A stretch of DNA of 64,000 nt from Nitrospirota bacterium. GTDB lineage: Bacteria; Nitrospirota; UBA9217. The DNA is taken from the NCBI GenBank assembly GCA_963845065.1, contig CAWJQQ010000002.1, positions 416,001 to 480,000 on the forward strand, read 5' to 3'. The notes beneath the pieces were generated by a model. The model was not told where the DNA came from, did not search any database, and worked only from the letters and a program-made list of their open reading frames with translations. Each line of letters starts with the position of its first letter. Position 1 is the stretch's first letter. Shown here piece after piece: positions 1 to 9,795 of the stretch. A program made the translations under genes and the position numbers.

Positions 1-1046
1 TTTATACTGACTTTCTCATTGTGCTGTTCGTGGCAATAAATAGCGAGAAGCAGGTAGGTGATGAGGCCTCCCAGTATTTGGACCATGAGACCATGCTTGC
101 TTCTTGCAATCAAGTGATAGACCTTCAAATGGCGTTTCCACCAGCCGAAGAAGGTTTCTATGTTCCATCGGAGCTTGTAAACCAGCGCTACCTCCTCGGC
201 TGAAAGATCGTACCGATCGGTAGCAACCCAGTATTCTTTATTCGCGACACGATAGGCGACTACACGGAGTTCTTTTTCCGTTTGATTCACGCCTTTGGTC
301 CCGAGCAGGACAACGGCGTCATAGAAAACAATGCTTCCTGGCTTAACGGTATTGGCCTTGATAATAGTAATCGTTGTGTTTTCTTTGATCCGGCAGACAA
401 AATATTTTCTCTCAATCTGCCACTGATCGAAGCTCTTATGCCGCTGATAGTAACGATCCAGAACACTGGTCTGACCCGGAGAAATAATCTGGCTTACAAA
501 AGGGCGTTCATCTCCTTTGCCGTGGGTCAAAAATATCTTCGTCGGAATACCACGATTGATATCGAAGCCTATATGCGTCTTGGCTTTTTTTGAGCCGCCC
601 CGATAATCGGCCCAGTGCATGGAAAGGACTGCATCTATCAAAGATCCATCAACGGCGATAAGGTCGCCGAGATTGCCGTATTCAGTCGGAAGCAGCTTGG
701 TGGCTTTGGCTTGGAGTGCCAAATATAATTCCATAAGTTGATCAAGGCCTCTTGAATTAATGGCCTCGAAAAAACTGCTTTTATTAATACCGGATTTCGG
801 CGCAATCGTCTGTCGGGCAAAATCATCTTCCTTGAGGACTTGCAACAGGTGACGACCTGAAGTGTGTTCCTCAAGGTGAAAGTAAATGAGCGCATGAAGC
901 TGATCTTCAAATTCCATTTGTAGCGGCCTGTTTCCTCGTGCCTTAAGTAGCGTGATGTCGCTTAACGGCGCTTCCAGCGGTTGAAGCAGAAGGCTGAATG
1001 ATGGTCGTTTGCCTGATTTGTTCTTCGGATCGAGCACATAGGGCAT
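1..1046 (-). CDS. IS4-family DDE transposase, 3' end outside window (absent from ORF track because no stop)
   Basis: ATG at 1046 (MPYVLDPKNK...); same frame gives WVATDRYDLSAEEVALVYKLRWNIETFFGWWKRHL, with the IS4 Y-x2-R-x3-E-x6-K signature. Confidence 0.85.
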   Translation of the reverse strand, partial: MPYVLDPKNKSGKRPSFSLLLQPLEAPLSDITLLKARGNRPLQMEFEDQLHALIYFHLEEHTSGRHLLQVLKEDDFARQTIAPKSGINKSSFFEAINSRGLDQLMELYLALQAKATKLLPTEYGNLGDLIAVDGSLIDAVLSMHWADYRGGSKKAKTHIGFDINRGIPTKIFLTHGKGDERPFVSQIISPGQTSVLDRYYQRHKSFDQWQIERKYFVCRIKENTTITIIKANTVKPGSIVFYDAVVLLGTKGVNQTEKELRVVAYRVANKEYWVATDRYDLSAEEVALVYKLRWNIETFFGWWKRHLKVYHLIARSKHGLMVQILGGLITYLLLAIYCHEQHNEKVSI

Positions 1047-1193
1047 TTTCGTAACTCCTTGCAGTTAAAGGTATTTACGAAAATTTTTTCTGTGCACGTT
1101 TTTCTAAATGTCAAGTTAATAGCGACCGAACATTAGAATGTTATGCTTTTTTATTGTCTCCTTTGAATGCAATTTGCTAACCGGACAACGCTG
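1..1193 (-). mobile_element. IS4-family insertion sequence, partial (runs off the left edge)
   Basis: Transposase ORF on the minus strand; putative terminal IR CAGCGTTGTCCGGTTAG (1177-1193, minus) about 150 bp upstream of the start. Confidence 0.8.
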
Positions 1194-1687
1194 ACTAAAA
1201 TAGAGCTTAAAATTAAAACCCGAATAGCACTTGACAGAACGCTATTCATAGGAAAGAAGTGAATTACGAAGCTGTTGCATTATTGATAAAAATGAAGGAT
1301 CTTGGTTAACGAAAAATAAGATAAAAATTTTTCAAATATAATTTTTGTTTCAGTTCTATGAAACATAGAATTTAAACAATAAAATACCCCCTAGGCTAAT
1401 AGACTTGCTAAATCTTTGTGATATACACGGCGAGTATTCAAGAGCTGTTATGATGAAATGCTGTTCTACGAAATTTTTAGGCAGATTATTCGTAGCTTGG
1501 TTAGTTAACGAATGGATTATCTGACACCGGTAAGAGCGGGTCCGACAGTACAATTAATAACTATAGGCAGAAGGGAATTATGAATAAGTCGAGATCAGGG
1601 TTGACAGTCATGCTGATCGGGAACTTCAGAGGAATCTAGACCAGAAAGCCACTGCTTTAACAAGACTACGTACTTGCCCCTGACATC

Positions 1688-2116
1688 CTATTTACAGGCA
1701 AAGGGAGCTTTCCGGTCCTTTGATGCGAATCGCGAATAATGCGGGGATGTGAAAATATCCATCAGCATATGCCTGCTGACCACACCCACATACTTGTTGT
1801 CCTTTACGACCGTAATCACAGAACAGCAGCTTTTCAGGAGTAAATTAATGAGCTCGTTTATAGGTGTGTCTGCATCAGCTATAATCGGAGCCGATACCAT
1901 GATCGCTGATGCATTGATCTCCTCCAGGTTTTTCTCTTCCTTAATCGCATCCAAAATTGCATTCTCCGCTACCACACCAAGGATCTCCCGGTTATCATCC
2001 ACCACCGGCATTGCAGCGAGACCGGATGAAATGATCTTCATCGCGACTTCCCGCGCTGTTGTATTGGGTGCGACGCTAATCTTCTCCCGCATGACATGCC
2101 AAGCACTGATTCCCAT
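1688..2116 (-). CDS. CBS-domain pair protein
   Basis: Two CBS repeats (MPVVDDNREILGVVAE; ITVVKDNKYVGVVSR); GGAGGG RBS upstream. Confidence 0.85.
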   Translation of the reverse strand: MGISAWHVMREKISVAPNTTAREVAMKIISSGLAAMPVVDDNREILGVVAENAILDAIKEEKNLEEINASAIMVSAPIIADADTPINELINLLLKSCCSVITVVKDNKYVGVVSRHMLMDIFTSPHYSRFASKDRKAPFACK

Positions 2117-2624
2117 TGTTATCCCCTCCGTTTTAACTCATCGGTTTTTTTTATTATACTACAGTTACCTCTTTCTTCCAATGTATTATTAAGTACGATT
2201 TCAAACACCACTCCCTCGACTGAATAATTTAGAGCTCCAATACACATCGAAAGCACTCTACAATGCATCTGTGCTCGACTGGAAAAGTTCACGAATACTG
2301 ATCGTGATTTTACATAGGATTAGTAACATCGCGTCTAACCCTATCCGGTTATTCCTTTGTCCTTTCCGGTAACGATATGATGACAGTTGCAAGGAAATGA
2401 AATATCACTTCCCTTGTCTTATATCCATCCTCAGGAAATAGCTCAGCATCGTACGAAAGCCAACAATGGAGGCATGAATACATGCCTTATTCAAGTAAGC
2501 CGCTCCGCGGCAGAAGAGCAAAGCATCCATCCTGCGTCCATCCCACCTTGTCTGATATTTCCTGAATAATCTCCGTGTTACCATACATCTCCAATGCAGT
2601 TCAATCTTGTAGCACAAGGAGAGT

Positions 2625-3500
2625 ATGGTCATGGAAAACTGGTACGAGAAGTCCAAAGAAGCCCTGCAACTGAGCGGTAAGGGCGACACAACGCAAGAAA
2701 GTTACACACGCGCAGTCCGATTACTCATTGAGCATTTCGGCAACAAAACCCCCGATCTCATCACCGAAGAAGAGCTTCAGGAATACTTCCTCCATTGCAG
2801 GAACGTTCGCAAGTGGGCGCCCAAAACCATGGCTGTCTGCTATGCCGGCATCCGCTTTTTCTTTGAGAACGTCCTGCGCCGTGACTGGCATATCCTGAGC
2901 ATCATTCGGGCGCAAACTGAACACCGGCTTCCGACTGTGCTTAGTATCGAAGAGGTACGCGCCACCCTTTCCCGCGTCACGTCTCCTCGCAACCACGCCT
3001 TCCTCTCCACAGTCTATTCCTGCGGCCTTCGGCTCCAGGAAGCGCTACACCTCGAAGTCCCGGACATCGATAAACACCGTATGATGATCCATATCCACCG
3101 GGGGAAAGGCGCTAAAGACCGTTATGTTCCGCTTCCCCGTACGACGTATGCTCTTTTGCGGAAGCATTGGGCCACTCACAAAAACCCCCGATTGATTTTT
3201 CCCTCACGGGGCATATACAAAGATGGCTCGGACATTCGGAAACCGGTTTCATACAGTACGGTGCAGGCGGCGCTTCAGAACGCGGTACGCGCAGCGGGTA
3301 TTCAGAAACGCAACGTCTCCATCCACACGCTTCGCCACGCCTATGCTACTCACCTGCTCGAAGCCGGCGTGAATCTGAGCGTCATCCAGCAGTATATGGG
3401 CCACTCCAGCCTTGAGACCACGATGATTTACCTACATTTGACCACCAAGGGTCAGGAAGACGCTTACAAAATCATCGACCAGCTCATGACGGGGTTTTGA
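2625..3500 (+). CDS. Tyrosine recombinase/integrase with N-terminal SAM-like domain
   Basis: YSCGLRLQE (R), GKGAKDR (K), HTLRHAYATH (HxxR), MGHSSLETTMIY (H, Y). Confidence 0.95.
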   Translation: MVMENWYEKSKEALQLSGKGDTTQESYTRAVRLLIEHFGNKTPDLITEEELQEYFLHCRNVRKWAPKTMAVCYAGIRFFFENVLRRDWHILSIIRAQTEHRLPTVLSIEEVRATLSRVTSPRNHAFLSTVYSCGLRLQEALHLEVPDIDKHRMMIHIHRGKGAKDRYVPLPRTTYALLRKHWATHKNPRLIFPSRGIYKDGSDIRKPVSYSTVQAALQNAVRAAGIQKRNVSIHTLRHAYATHLLEAGVNLSVIQQYMGHSSLETTMIYLHLTTKGQEDAYKIIDQLMTGF

Positions 3501-4594
3501 CCATGGACACGATCAATGAGATTTTCCGCACCTATGCCCCGGAGTACGTGTCACGGTTTGGCGAAGCGATTCCTCTGGAACATCGCAAGGCAATAGACGC
3601 AATTATCAACTGCCGCACTCCAGCTTGTGGGACGACCTGGTTCCGTTGCGAAGACTGCGGGAAAGACCATGCCATCCATCGTTCTTGCGGCAACCGTCAC
3701 TGCCCGACCTGCCAGTATCATAAGAGCCGACAGTGGCTCGAAAAACAGATTGATCGGCGGATGCCAGGACATCACTTCATGATCACGTTCACGGTGCCCG
3801 AGCAGATTCGTCGGTTCATCAGAGGCAATCAACGAGCAGCTTATGCTGCCTTGTTTTCTGCTTCTTCAGCGGCTATGAAAAAGCTGGTTCTCGACCCCAA
3901 GTTCATGGGCGGCGATCTGCCGGGCTTCTTCGGGGTCCTGCACACATGGGGCAGAACACTGGAGTTTCACCCCCATGTCCACTATATCGTCGTAGGTGGG
4001 GCGTTTTCGTCCGAGGATAAAACATGGAAACCGTCAGGAACCGGTTTCTATGTGCCGGTCCAAGCGCTATCTCCCATTTTCCGGGCGAAGTTCAAGGATG
4101 AGATGAAAAAAGCAGGCCTTTTTGATCAAATCCCCGAAGAGGTCTGGCGCATCGACTGGAACGTGAACTCGCAAGCCGTGGGCGACAGCGAAGGGAGTCT
4201 CAAGTATCTTGCCCCCTATGTCTTTCGGGTAGCCTTGTCCAACAGCCGGATCGTGAAAGTCAAGAATCGTCAGATCTTCATTCATTACAAAAAGACCAAT
4301 AGCAATCGCTGGAGAACGCTGGAACTTGAGGTGATGGAATTTATGCGTCGCTTCCTCCAGCACGTTCTACCGACGGGGTTCATGAAGGTGCGATATTACG
4401 GCTTCTTAAGCCCGACCTGCAAAGTCCCGCTTGAGAACATCAGGACGCTGATTGAGCTGGCTTATGGATTTGAGGTGACGATGTCTGAAGTCGAACAGAC
4501 GCCCCCAATGCCTCATCCAACATGCGGGTGCTGCGGTGGCTTTCTCAAAGTGATTTCGATTTCTCCGCCGCAGCACCTGGCACGCGCCGGATAG
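3497..4594 (+). CDS. IS91-family (Y2 HUH) transposase with N-terminal zinc-binding domain
   Basis: CRT..C..CG..SCGNRHCPTC zinc domain; HTWG..HPHVH HUH motif; YLAPY; EFMRRFLQHVLPTGFMKVRYYGFL. Confidence 0.95.
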   Translation: MTMDTINEIFRTYAPEYVSRFGEAIPLEHRKAIDAIINCRTPACGTTWFRCEDCGKDHAIHRSCGNRHCPTCQYHKSRQWLEKQIDRRMPGHHFMITFTVPEQIRRFIRGNQRAAYAALFSASSAAMKKLVLDPKFMGGDLPGFFGVLHTWGRTLEFHPHVHYIVVGGAFSSEDKTWKPSGTGFYVPVQALSPIFRAKFKDEMKKAGLFDQIPEEVWRIDWNVNSQAVGDSEGSLKYLAPYVFRVALSNSRIVKVKNRQIFIHYKKTNSNRWRTLELEVMEFMRRFLQHVLPTGFMKVRYYGFLSPTCKVPLENIRTLIELAYGFEVTMSEVEQTPPMPHPTCGCCGGFLKVISISPPQHLARAG

Positions 4595-5127
4595 CATCCG
4601 ACGATTTTGATTCACCACGTGTTTCTCGTGTAAGATCCCGCAGGCATCATCTGCGGGTCAACGCTCCCGTTCGGCCGCGCGAGCGGATCAGGCGATGATT
4701 TCTGCGTGTGAGTATAATGGGAATCACGTTTGTTTTTTTATAATCAGACCGACACGAGCTCTCACTCTCCATAAACTGCCCATTCAGGCTTTAACCAAAA
4801 ACGACCCCTCGAAGCATTACCCTATATATAGAGACTATCGGTCATCATCCTGCCGCTCCGGGCTTCTTGAATTATGGATTGAGTACGACGTGAAGATGTC
4901 GTCACAATCCTTATTGATTCTAACTCAGGTTCACTGCAGAGCTGATGATATCAGCAGCGATAAAAATTTCCAGGCCCAGAAAAAGATGAGCTCCAAGACG
5001 CTGTAGAATGGATTTGCTCACGGTAACTGTGTCTTGTCTCGCAGAGAAAATTTAATGGAACCAGACAAAATAGTGCAAATCCTTACACTCGCACGCAAAG
5101 CCGGTCTGGATCGTCTTGACAATTCTG

Positions 5128-5156
5128 TTGACAAAGCAATGGGCAATCTCTATACT
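5128..5156 (+). promoter_or_regulatory. Sigma70-type promoter upstream of the FadL-family gene
   Basis: TTGACA (5128-5133), 17 bp, TATACT (5151-5156). Confidence 0.55.
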
Positions 5157-5512
5157 TATGCCAAATTAACTAGTGAAAGATTTACTTCCCTCTCGACACG
5201 AAAGCATTCGATCTTAAGATAGATATCTTAAGCTTAACGATAAATATCAGTAATTTTATGTTAGTGAAGTGCATCGTGTTCCCTCGTCATACGTCTGAAA
5301 TTCTGAATATGATATATCGTTGCATTCATATTTTACTTGGACCTCTTGCATCCTGCGCAGTCTTACCTCGAGCATCGCATTACAATAGTGATTAAAGGCT
5401 ATGAAACTACTCCACGTACCATCGAAGTACGGTTATCGCCTCTATAGTTTAGCTGTATAGAAACAATAAAGTATTGAAACATTAATATTAAACAGGTCGA
5501 AAGGAGAACGTT

Positions 5513-6784
5513 ATGAAAAAAAGTATTGGTAATATGTTGTGTGCGTTCGTTTTTGGGATCGCGGCTGTACTGATGTCAACAGCGGCTTCGGCAACAAACG
5601 GCTACTTTTCCAACAGCTATGGTGTGATTGATCAGGCGTTAGCCGGCGCTGGCGTTGCTTTGCCGCAGGATACCCTTGACGCGGCCGTCAATCCAGCTAA
5701 TATGGCATTCATCGGTCATCGCTATGATTTTGGCTTATCCTTCTTCAATCCGAACAGGCAGTATAGCGTGACTGGTAATCCTTCCGGCTTTCCCGGTACC
5801 TTCGGTTTGGCGCCGGGAACTGTCAAAAGCAACACTAATTGGTTCATAATTCCATCATTGGGTGCAAACTGGATGTTGAATTCCTATAGTTCAGTTGGCG
5901 TGTCGATATTCGGAAACGGCGGTATGAACACAAATTACCCGACAGATACGTTCGGTGGTACTTCGCCGACAGGCGTAAATCTCCAGCAGTTATTTGTCGC
6001 CCCCACGTACGCAATAAAACTGGTTCCTCAGCAAGCGATAGGTATTACCCCGATCCTGGCGTATCAGCAATTTCAGGCAAAAGGACTTCAGGCATTCGGT
6101 GGTTTTTCCAACGATCCTAGTAGCCTCACCAATACTGGCTACGATAATTCTTACGGCTATGGTGTAAAGATCGGATACCAGGGCGAAATAGTGCCGCGCC
6201 TGAATGTGGGCGTTTCGTACCAGAGCAGGATATACATGAGTAAATTTAATAAGTACTCGGGCTTGTTTGCCGAGGGGGGTGCTTTCGATATCCCTTCGAA
6301 TTGGACCATCGGTCTGGCATATAAAGCCACTCCTGCACTAGCCATTTTATTTGATGTTCAGCGCATCAACTATAGTGAAATCAAATCCATCAATAATCCG
6401 ATGCTACCTAACCTCCAAACCAGTCAACTGGGTGATAGTAATGGGCCCGGCTTCGGCTGGCAAGATATGACGATCTACAAGTTAGGGGTACAGTGGAAGA
6501 GCAGCGACCAGTGGACCTGGCGGGCAGGTTACTCTCTAGGGACGCAGCCCATACCGGATAGTGAAGTGCTTTTTAATATATTGGCCCCCGGCGTCATAAC
6601 ACAGCAGGCCAGCGTTGGTTTCACAACAGCGGTGAACAGCAGTCAGGATCTGAATTTTGCGCTCACCCGTGCTTTCCCGACCAGCGTCAACGGCGCAAAT
6701 CCATTAGAGGCTCCTGGCCAGCAGACCATCCAGCTGAAGATGGATCAGTGGCAGATAGCGGCAAGTTACTCATGGAAGTACTGA
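5513..6784 (+). CDS. OmpP1/FadL/TodX-family outer membrane channel
   Basis: Signal peptide; ALAGAGVA..D....NPANM N-terminal hatch motif; amphipathic beta strands; C-terminal aromatic residue (YSWKY); AGGAG RBS. Confidence 0.9.
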   Translation: MKKSIGNMLCAFVFGIAAVLMSTAASATNGYFSNSYGVIDQALAGAGVALPQDTLDAAVNPANMAFIGHRYDFGLSFFNPNRQYSVTGNPSGFPGTFGLAPGTVKSNTNWFIIPSLGANWMLNSYSSVGVSIFGNGGMNTNYPTDTFGGTSPTGVNLQQLFVAPTYAIKLVPQQAIGITPILAYQQFQAKGLQAFGGFSNDPSSLTNTGYDNSYGYGVKIGYQGEIVPRLNVGVSYQSRIYMSKFNKYSGLFAEGGAFDIPSNWTIGLAYKATPALAILFDVQRINYSEIKSINNPMLPNLQTSQLGDSNGPGFGWQDMTIYKLGVQWKSSDQWTWRAGYSLGTQPIPDSEVLFNILAPGVITQQASVGFTTAVNSSQDLNFALTRAFPTSVNGANPLEAPGQQTIQLKMDQWQIAASYSWKY

Positions 6785-7281
6785 TCGAACCATGATCGTT
6801 ACGTACGCGGGAAGCCAGGCTATAGTGACCGATTGGTAGCTGGGACAACGCTATGAGAAACTTCAGATTAATTTTAGGCTAATAGAGCGGCGGCTAATCC
6901 TTTTAGCGCAGCAGGGACTTGATGGGTCCCAGATCCACACAACAGAACATGGGAGGGCCAGAACGTGTCCATGCTCGATGCAGCTGGTCAGGTTACCAAG
7001 GAATTTATAGCTCGCATCTGGACAAACTTTGCTAAGAACCAGTTTCCCGATGCGAACATGAACAAGCGCTTCCCAACGATCATCAAGGACCACTATAAGA
7101 TCGGCGCGGGTTATATGATCACCAAGATCTCAAGCGTGGATGCATCATTTGAATACGTTTCTAAGTAGGACAGAAAACGGCCAAGGCGTGACGCACAATC
7201 AGTCCAAAGTTCAGATCATGAACAGCTATCGTTCCTAAATCCGTCAATCCAGAGCCGTTCGGAAACGGCACTCATCCCCAG

Positions 7282-7313
7282 GCCGAGGGCTCATCACCCC
7301 CGGCATTTTTTTT
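7282..7313 (+). terminator. Probable intrinsic terminator
   Basis: GCCGAGGG-loop-CCCCCGGC followed by T8. Confidence 0.55.
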
Positions 7314-7418
7314 CTTACACTGTACTGCCCGCTTTTTTTGCATCGATCAAGCATTGTTATTATTTTTCTGAGTCGAGAAGCGGTCCTACAATAAACCCAT
7401 TGCGGAAAGGTAGAAAAT

Positions 7419-7763
7419 ATGATGACAGGGCTGCTGGCGTTCCTGCTCATGGGCTTCTTGCTTGGGGTGGCCGGCGCAAATGAAGCGCTTTTGAAGCCGT
7501 TTGTTCTTGGAACCCGAGGTCCCGGTTCAGTGGTGGAAAAAGTTGCTGAGGTGATGGCTGCTCTCGCATCGCAGGGATTCACCATAGTAGGAGAGTACAC
7601 TCCTTATCCTCAAGCAGCGATAATCGTTGCGACTCATGACGAACTGAAGAGCAATGCTGCCAAATCAGAACACGGCGGGTTTGGAGCATCAGTCCGCGTA
7701 TCGGTCACCCAGGTCAAAGACGAAGTCCAAGTGGCATACACCAATCCTGTTTATAAGCACTGA
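7419..7763 (+). pseudogene. Exported hypothetical protein, apparently truncated at the junction with an IS607 remnant
   Basis: Signal peptide then a globular-looking sequence ending abruptly (AYTNPVYKH*) where the opposite-strand TnpB-like fragment overlaps. Confidence 0.5.
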
Positions 7764-8090
7764 GCAGAGATTTAATAGGCTTGATATCGTAGTTTTTATC
7801 AAAAGCTCCTTGCTTGTGAAATATTATCCATTGCTCGGACGTTATCAAAGCAGCAAGCTGACGGTATGACTTAACCGCCTTTACAACTTCTTTTACTTTA
7901 CCAGGATTGGCAAAATGCTTAAGCTCATATGCCTTAATCATTCTTATACTCCTGCAAAATTTTGGATGATTAAATTTACCGGCACGATAATAATTCCACG
8001 CAGTTTTGTATGTAACACTATTTTTTGCATAAACATATAGCTTTGTTTAGTATATATTAGCACAAAAATATACATATTTTAATATATCAA
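7750..8090 (-). mobile_element. IS607-family deletion derivative (degenerate tnpA ends plus 5' part of tnpB)
   Basis: Minus strand 7971-8046 translates KLYVYAKNSVTYKTAWNYYRAGKF, like the IS607 TnpA HTH start; followed by MIKAYELKHFANPGKVKEVVKAVKSYRQLA... resembling a TnpB N-terminus. Confidence 0.6.
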
Positions 8091-8261
8091 CTGAAGATTA
8101 TTGATACCACATCGTCCAAACAGCCTTGAACTTAAGTTGCATTAAAACCCACGACCGTTATGGTCACTCTTTTGTAGCAAATCCTTCTCCTCCCATTTTA
8201 ATGTAGTATAATTGTAATTAGATCTTTAGATTTTCAGAAACTTCATACTGGGAGGTAACCA

Positions 8262-9728
8262 ATGAAAGTAAAGAGGAAATATATTGCTCTCCTCAGCAAG
8301 TGTCTTGCTTTATCCGTAATTGTTATACTAACAGTAAGTTTTTCTACAGCCAATATCGCTTCAGCCAGGGAAAAGGTCATATCTCAGGAATCTATAAAAA
8401 CGCTCAGCAGGCTAAGCGAAGCCCTGTCTGATGTCGCTGAGGCAGTACGCCCCGCGGTCGTGAACATATCAACGACCTCAATCGAGACAATGGAGAATCA
8501 ACCCTTAGGCGACATGTTCAACGACCCTTTTTTTAGACACTTTTTCGGCGACCAGTTTGGCGGCGGACATCCGGGGCAGAAACGAACATATAAATCATCG
8601 GCCCTCGGCTCCGGTGTAATCGTATCCGAGAATGGCTATATTTTGACGAACAATCACGTTGTTAAGGGTGCGGAAGAGATCAAGGTCATCCTTTATGATA
8701 AGCGTGAATTCAAAGGCAAGGTCGTCGGCACTGATCCACGAACGGATCTTGCCGTGATAAAGATCAACGCGAAAAACCTGCCAACTCTTTCCTTTGGTGA
8801 TTCCGGCAAATTGAAGACCGGCGATATCGTGCTGGCGGTCGGCAATCCCTTTGGCCTTAACCAGACCATCACCATGGGGATCGTGAGCGCTGTGGGCAGA
8901 TCGAATATCGGACTCGCCGATTTCGAAGATTTCATCCAGACCGATGCTGCAATCAACCCGGGCAACTCCGGCGGCGCGCTGGTGAATGGCAGCGGGGAAC
9001 TCGTGGGGATCAATACGGCGATTTTCTCGACCAGCGGAGGTTACATGGGCATTGGATTCGCCATTCCGTCGGACATGGCGAAAACGGTCATGGACAGCAT
9101 CATTAAGTACGGCAAGGTAATCCGCGGGTGGCTCGGCGTAAGCATTCAGAACCTTACACCTGAACTAGCAAAATCGTTGGGAATCAAGGAAACAGAAGGA
9201 GCATTGATATCGGGCATCGAAAGCAACAGCCCTGCCGACAAAGCAGGCTTCAAGCGGGGCGACCTTATCACTGAAATGAATGGTAAAAAGATTGCTGATG
9301 TTACAAGCCTTCGCAACATGGTCGCTGTAACAGCACCGGGCACACGAGTAGATTTTAAGATCATCAGAAACAATAAGGAAGAGTCGATTACGGCGACGCT
9401 CGGCGAATATAAAGAAAAACAGATAATAAAGAAGACGGAGTACGAAAACGCGCTTAAGGGGGTAACGGTCCAGGAGCTCACGTCGAGCCTGCGGGACAAG
9501 CTGAACCTGCCTCAGGGTATCGTCGGTGTTGTGGTCACCGATGTCAGCTCAGACAGTCCTGCCCAGGGGTTGCTGCAGGGGAATGACGTGATACAGGAGG
9601 TGGACCGCAAACCGATTCGGAGTGCGCAGGAGTACGAAGAGATCGTTTCGAAGATAGGTAATCACGACACAGTTCTCCTATTGATCTACCGGGACGGTGG
9701 GTCGATCTATCTCACGATACAGCAGTAA
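8262..9728 (+). CDS. degP: Periplasmic HtrA/DegP(Do)/DegQ serine endoprotease with two PDZ domains
   Basis: LTNNHVV, TDLAVIK, IQTDAAINPGNSGGAL catalytic triad motifs; RGWLGV PDZ start; GGAGGT RBS. Confidence 0.93.
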   Translation: MKVKRKYIALLSKCLALSVIVILTVSFSTANIASAREKVISQESIKTLSRLSEALSDVAEAVRPAVVNISTTSIETMENQPLGDMFNDPFFRHFFGDQFGGGHPGQKRTYKSSALGSGVIVSENGYILTNNHVVKGAEEIKVILYDKREFKGKVVGTDPRTDLAVIKINAKNLPTLSFGDSGKLKTGDIVLAVGNPFGLNQTITMGIVSAVGRSNIGLADFEDFIQTDAAINPGNSGGALVNGSGELVGINTAIFSTSGGYMGIGFAIPSDMAKTVMDSIIKYGKVIRGWLGVSIQNLTPELAKSLGIKETEGALISGIESNSPADKAGFKRGDLITEMNGKKIADVTSLRNMVAVTAPGTRVDFKIIRNNKEESITATLGEYKEKQIIKKTEYENALKGVTVQELTSSLRDKLNLPQGIVGVVVTDVSSDSPAQGLLQGNDVIQEVDRKPIRSAQEYEEIVSKIGNHDTVLLLIYRDGGSIYLTIQQ

Positions 9729-9795
9729 GAAATGTAATTATTGTTCTTGCCACTTGAAGATTGAGGGGGCTGAAATAAGTCCGAAAGGAGCTAGG

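Larger units (their letters stand above)
2489..4872 (+). mobile_element. IS91-family element carrying an accessory tyrosine recombinase
   Basis: Integrase and IS91 transposase genes adjoin with a 4-nt overlap; imperfect inverted ends ATTCAAG(T)AAGCC-N4-5-GCGGCAG at about 2489-2513 and 4850-4872; boundaries inferred. Confidence 0.7.

Noticed and set aside
6863..7168. Short ORFs after the FadL-type gene
   Set aside because: No recognisable family or RBS; possibly a gene remnant
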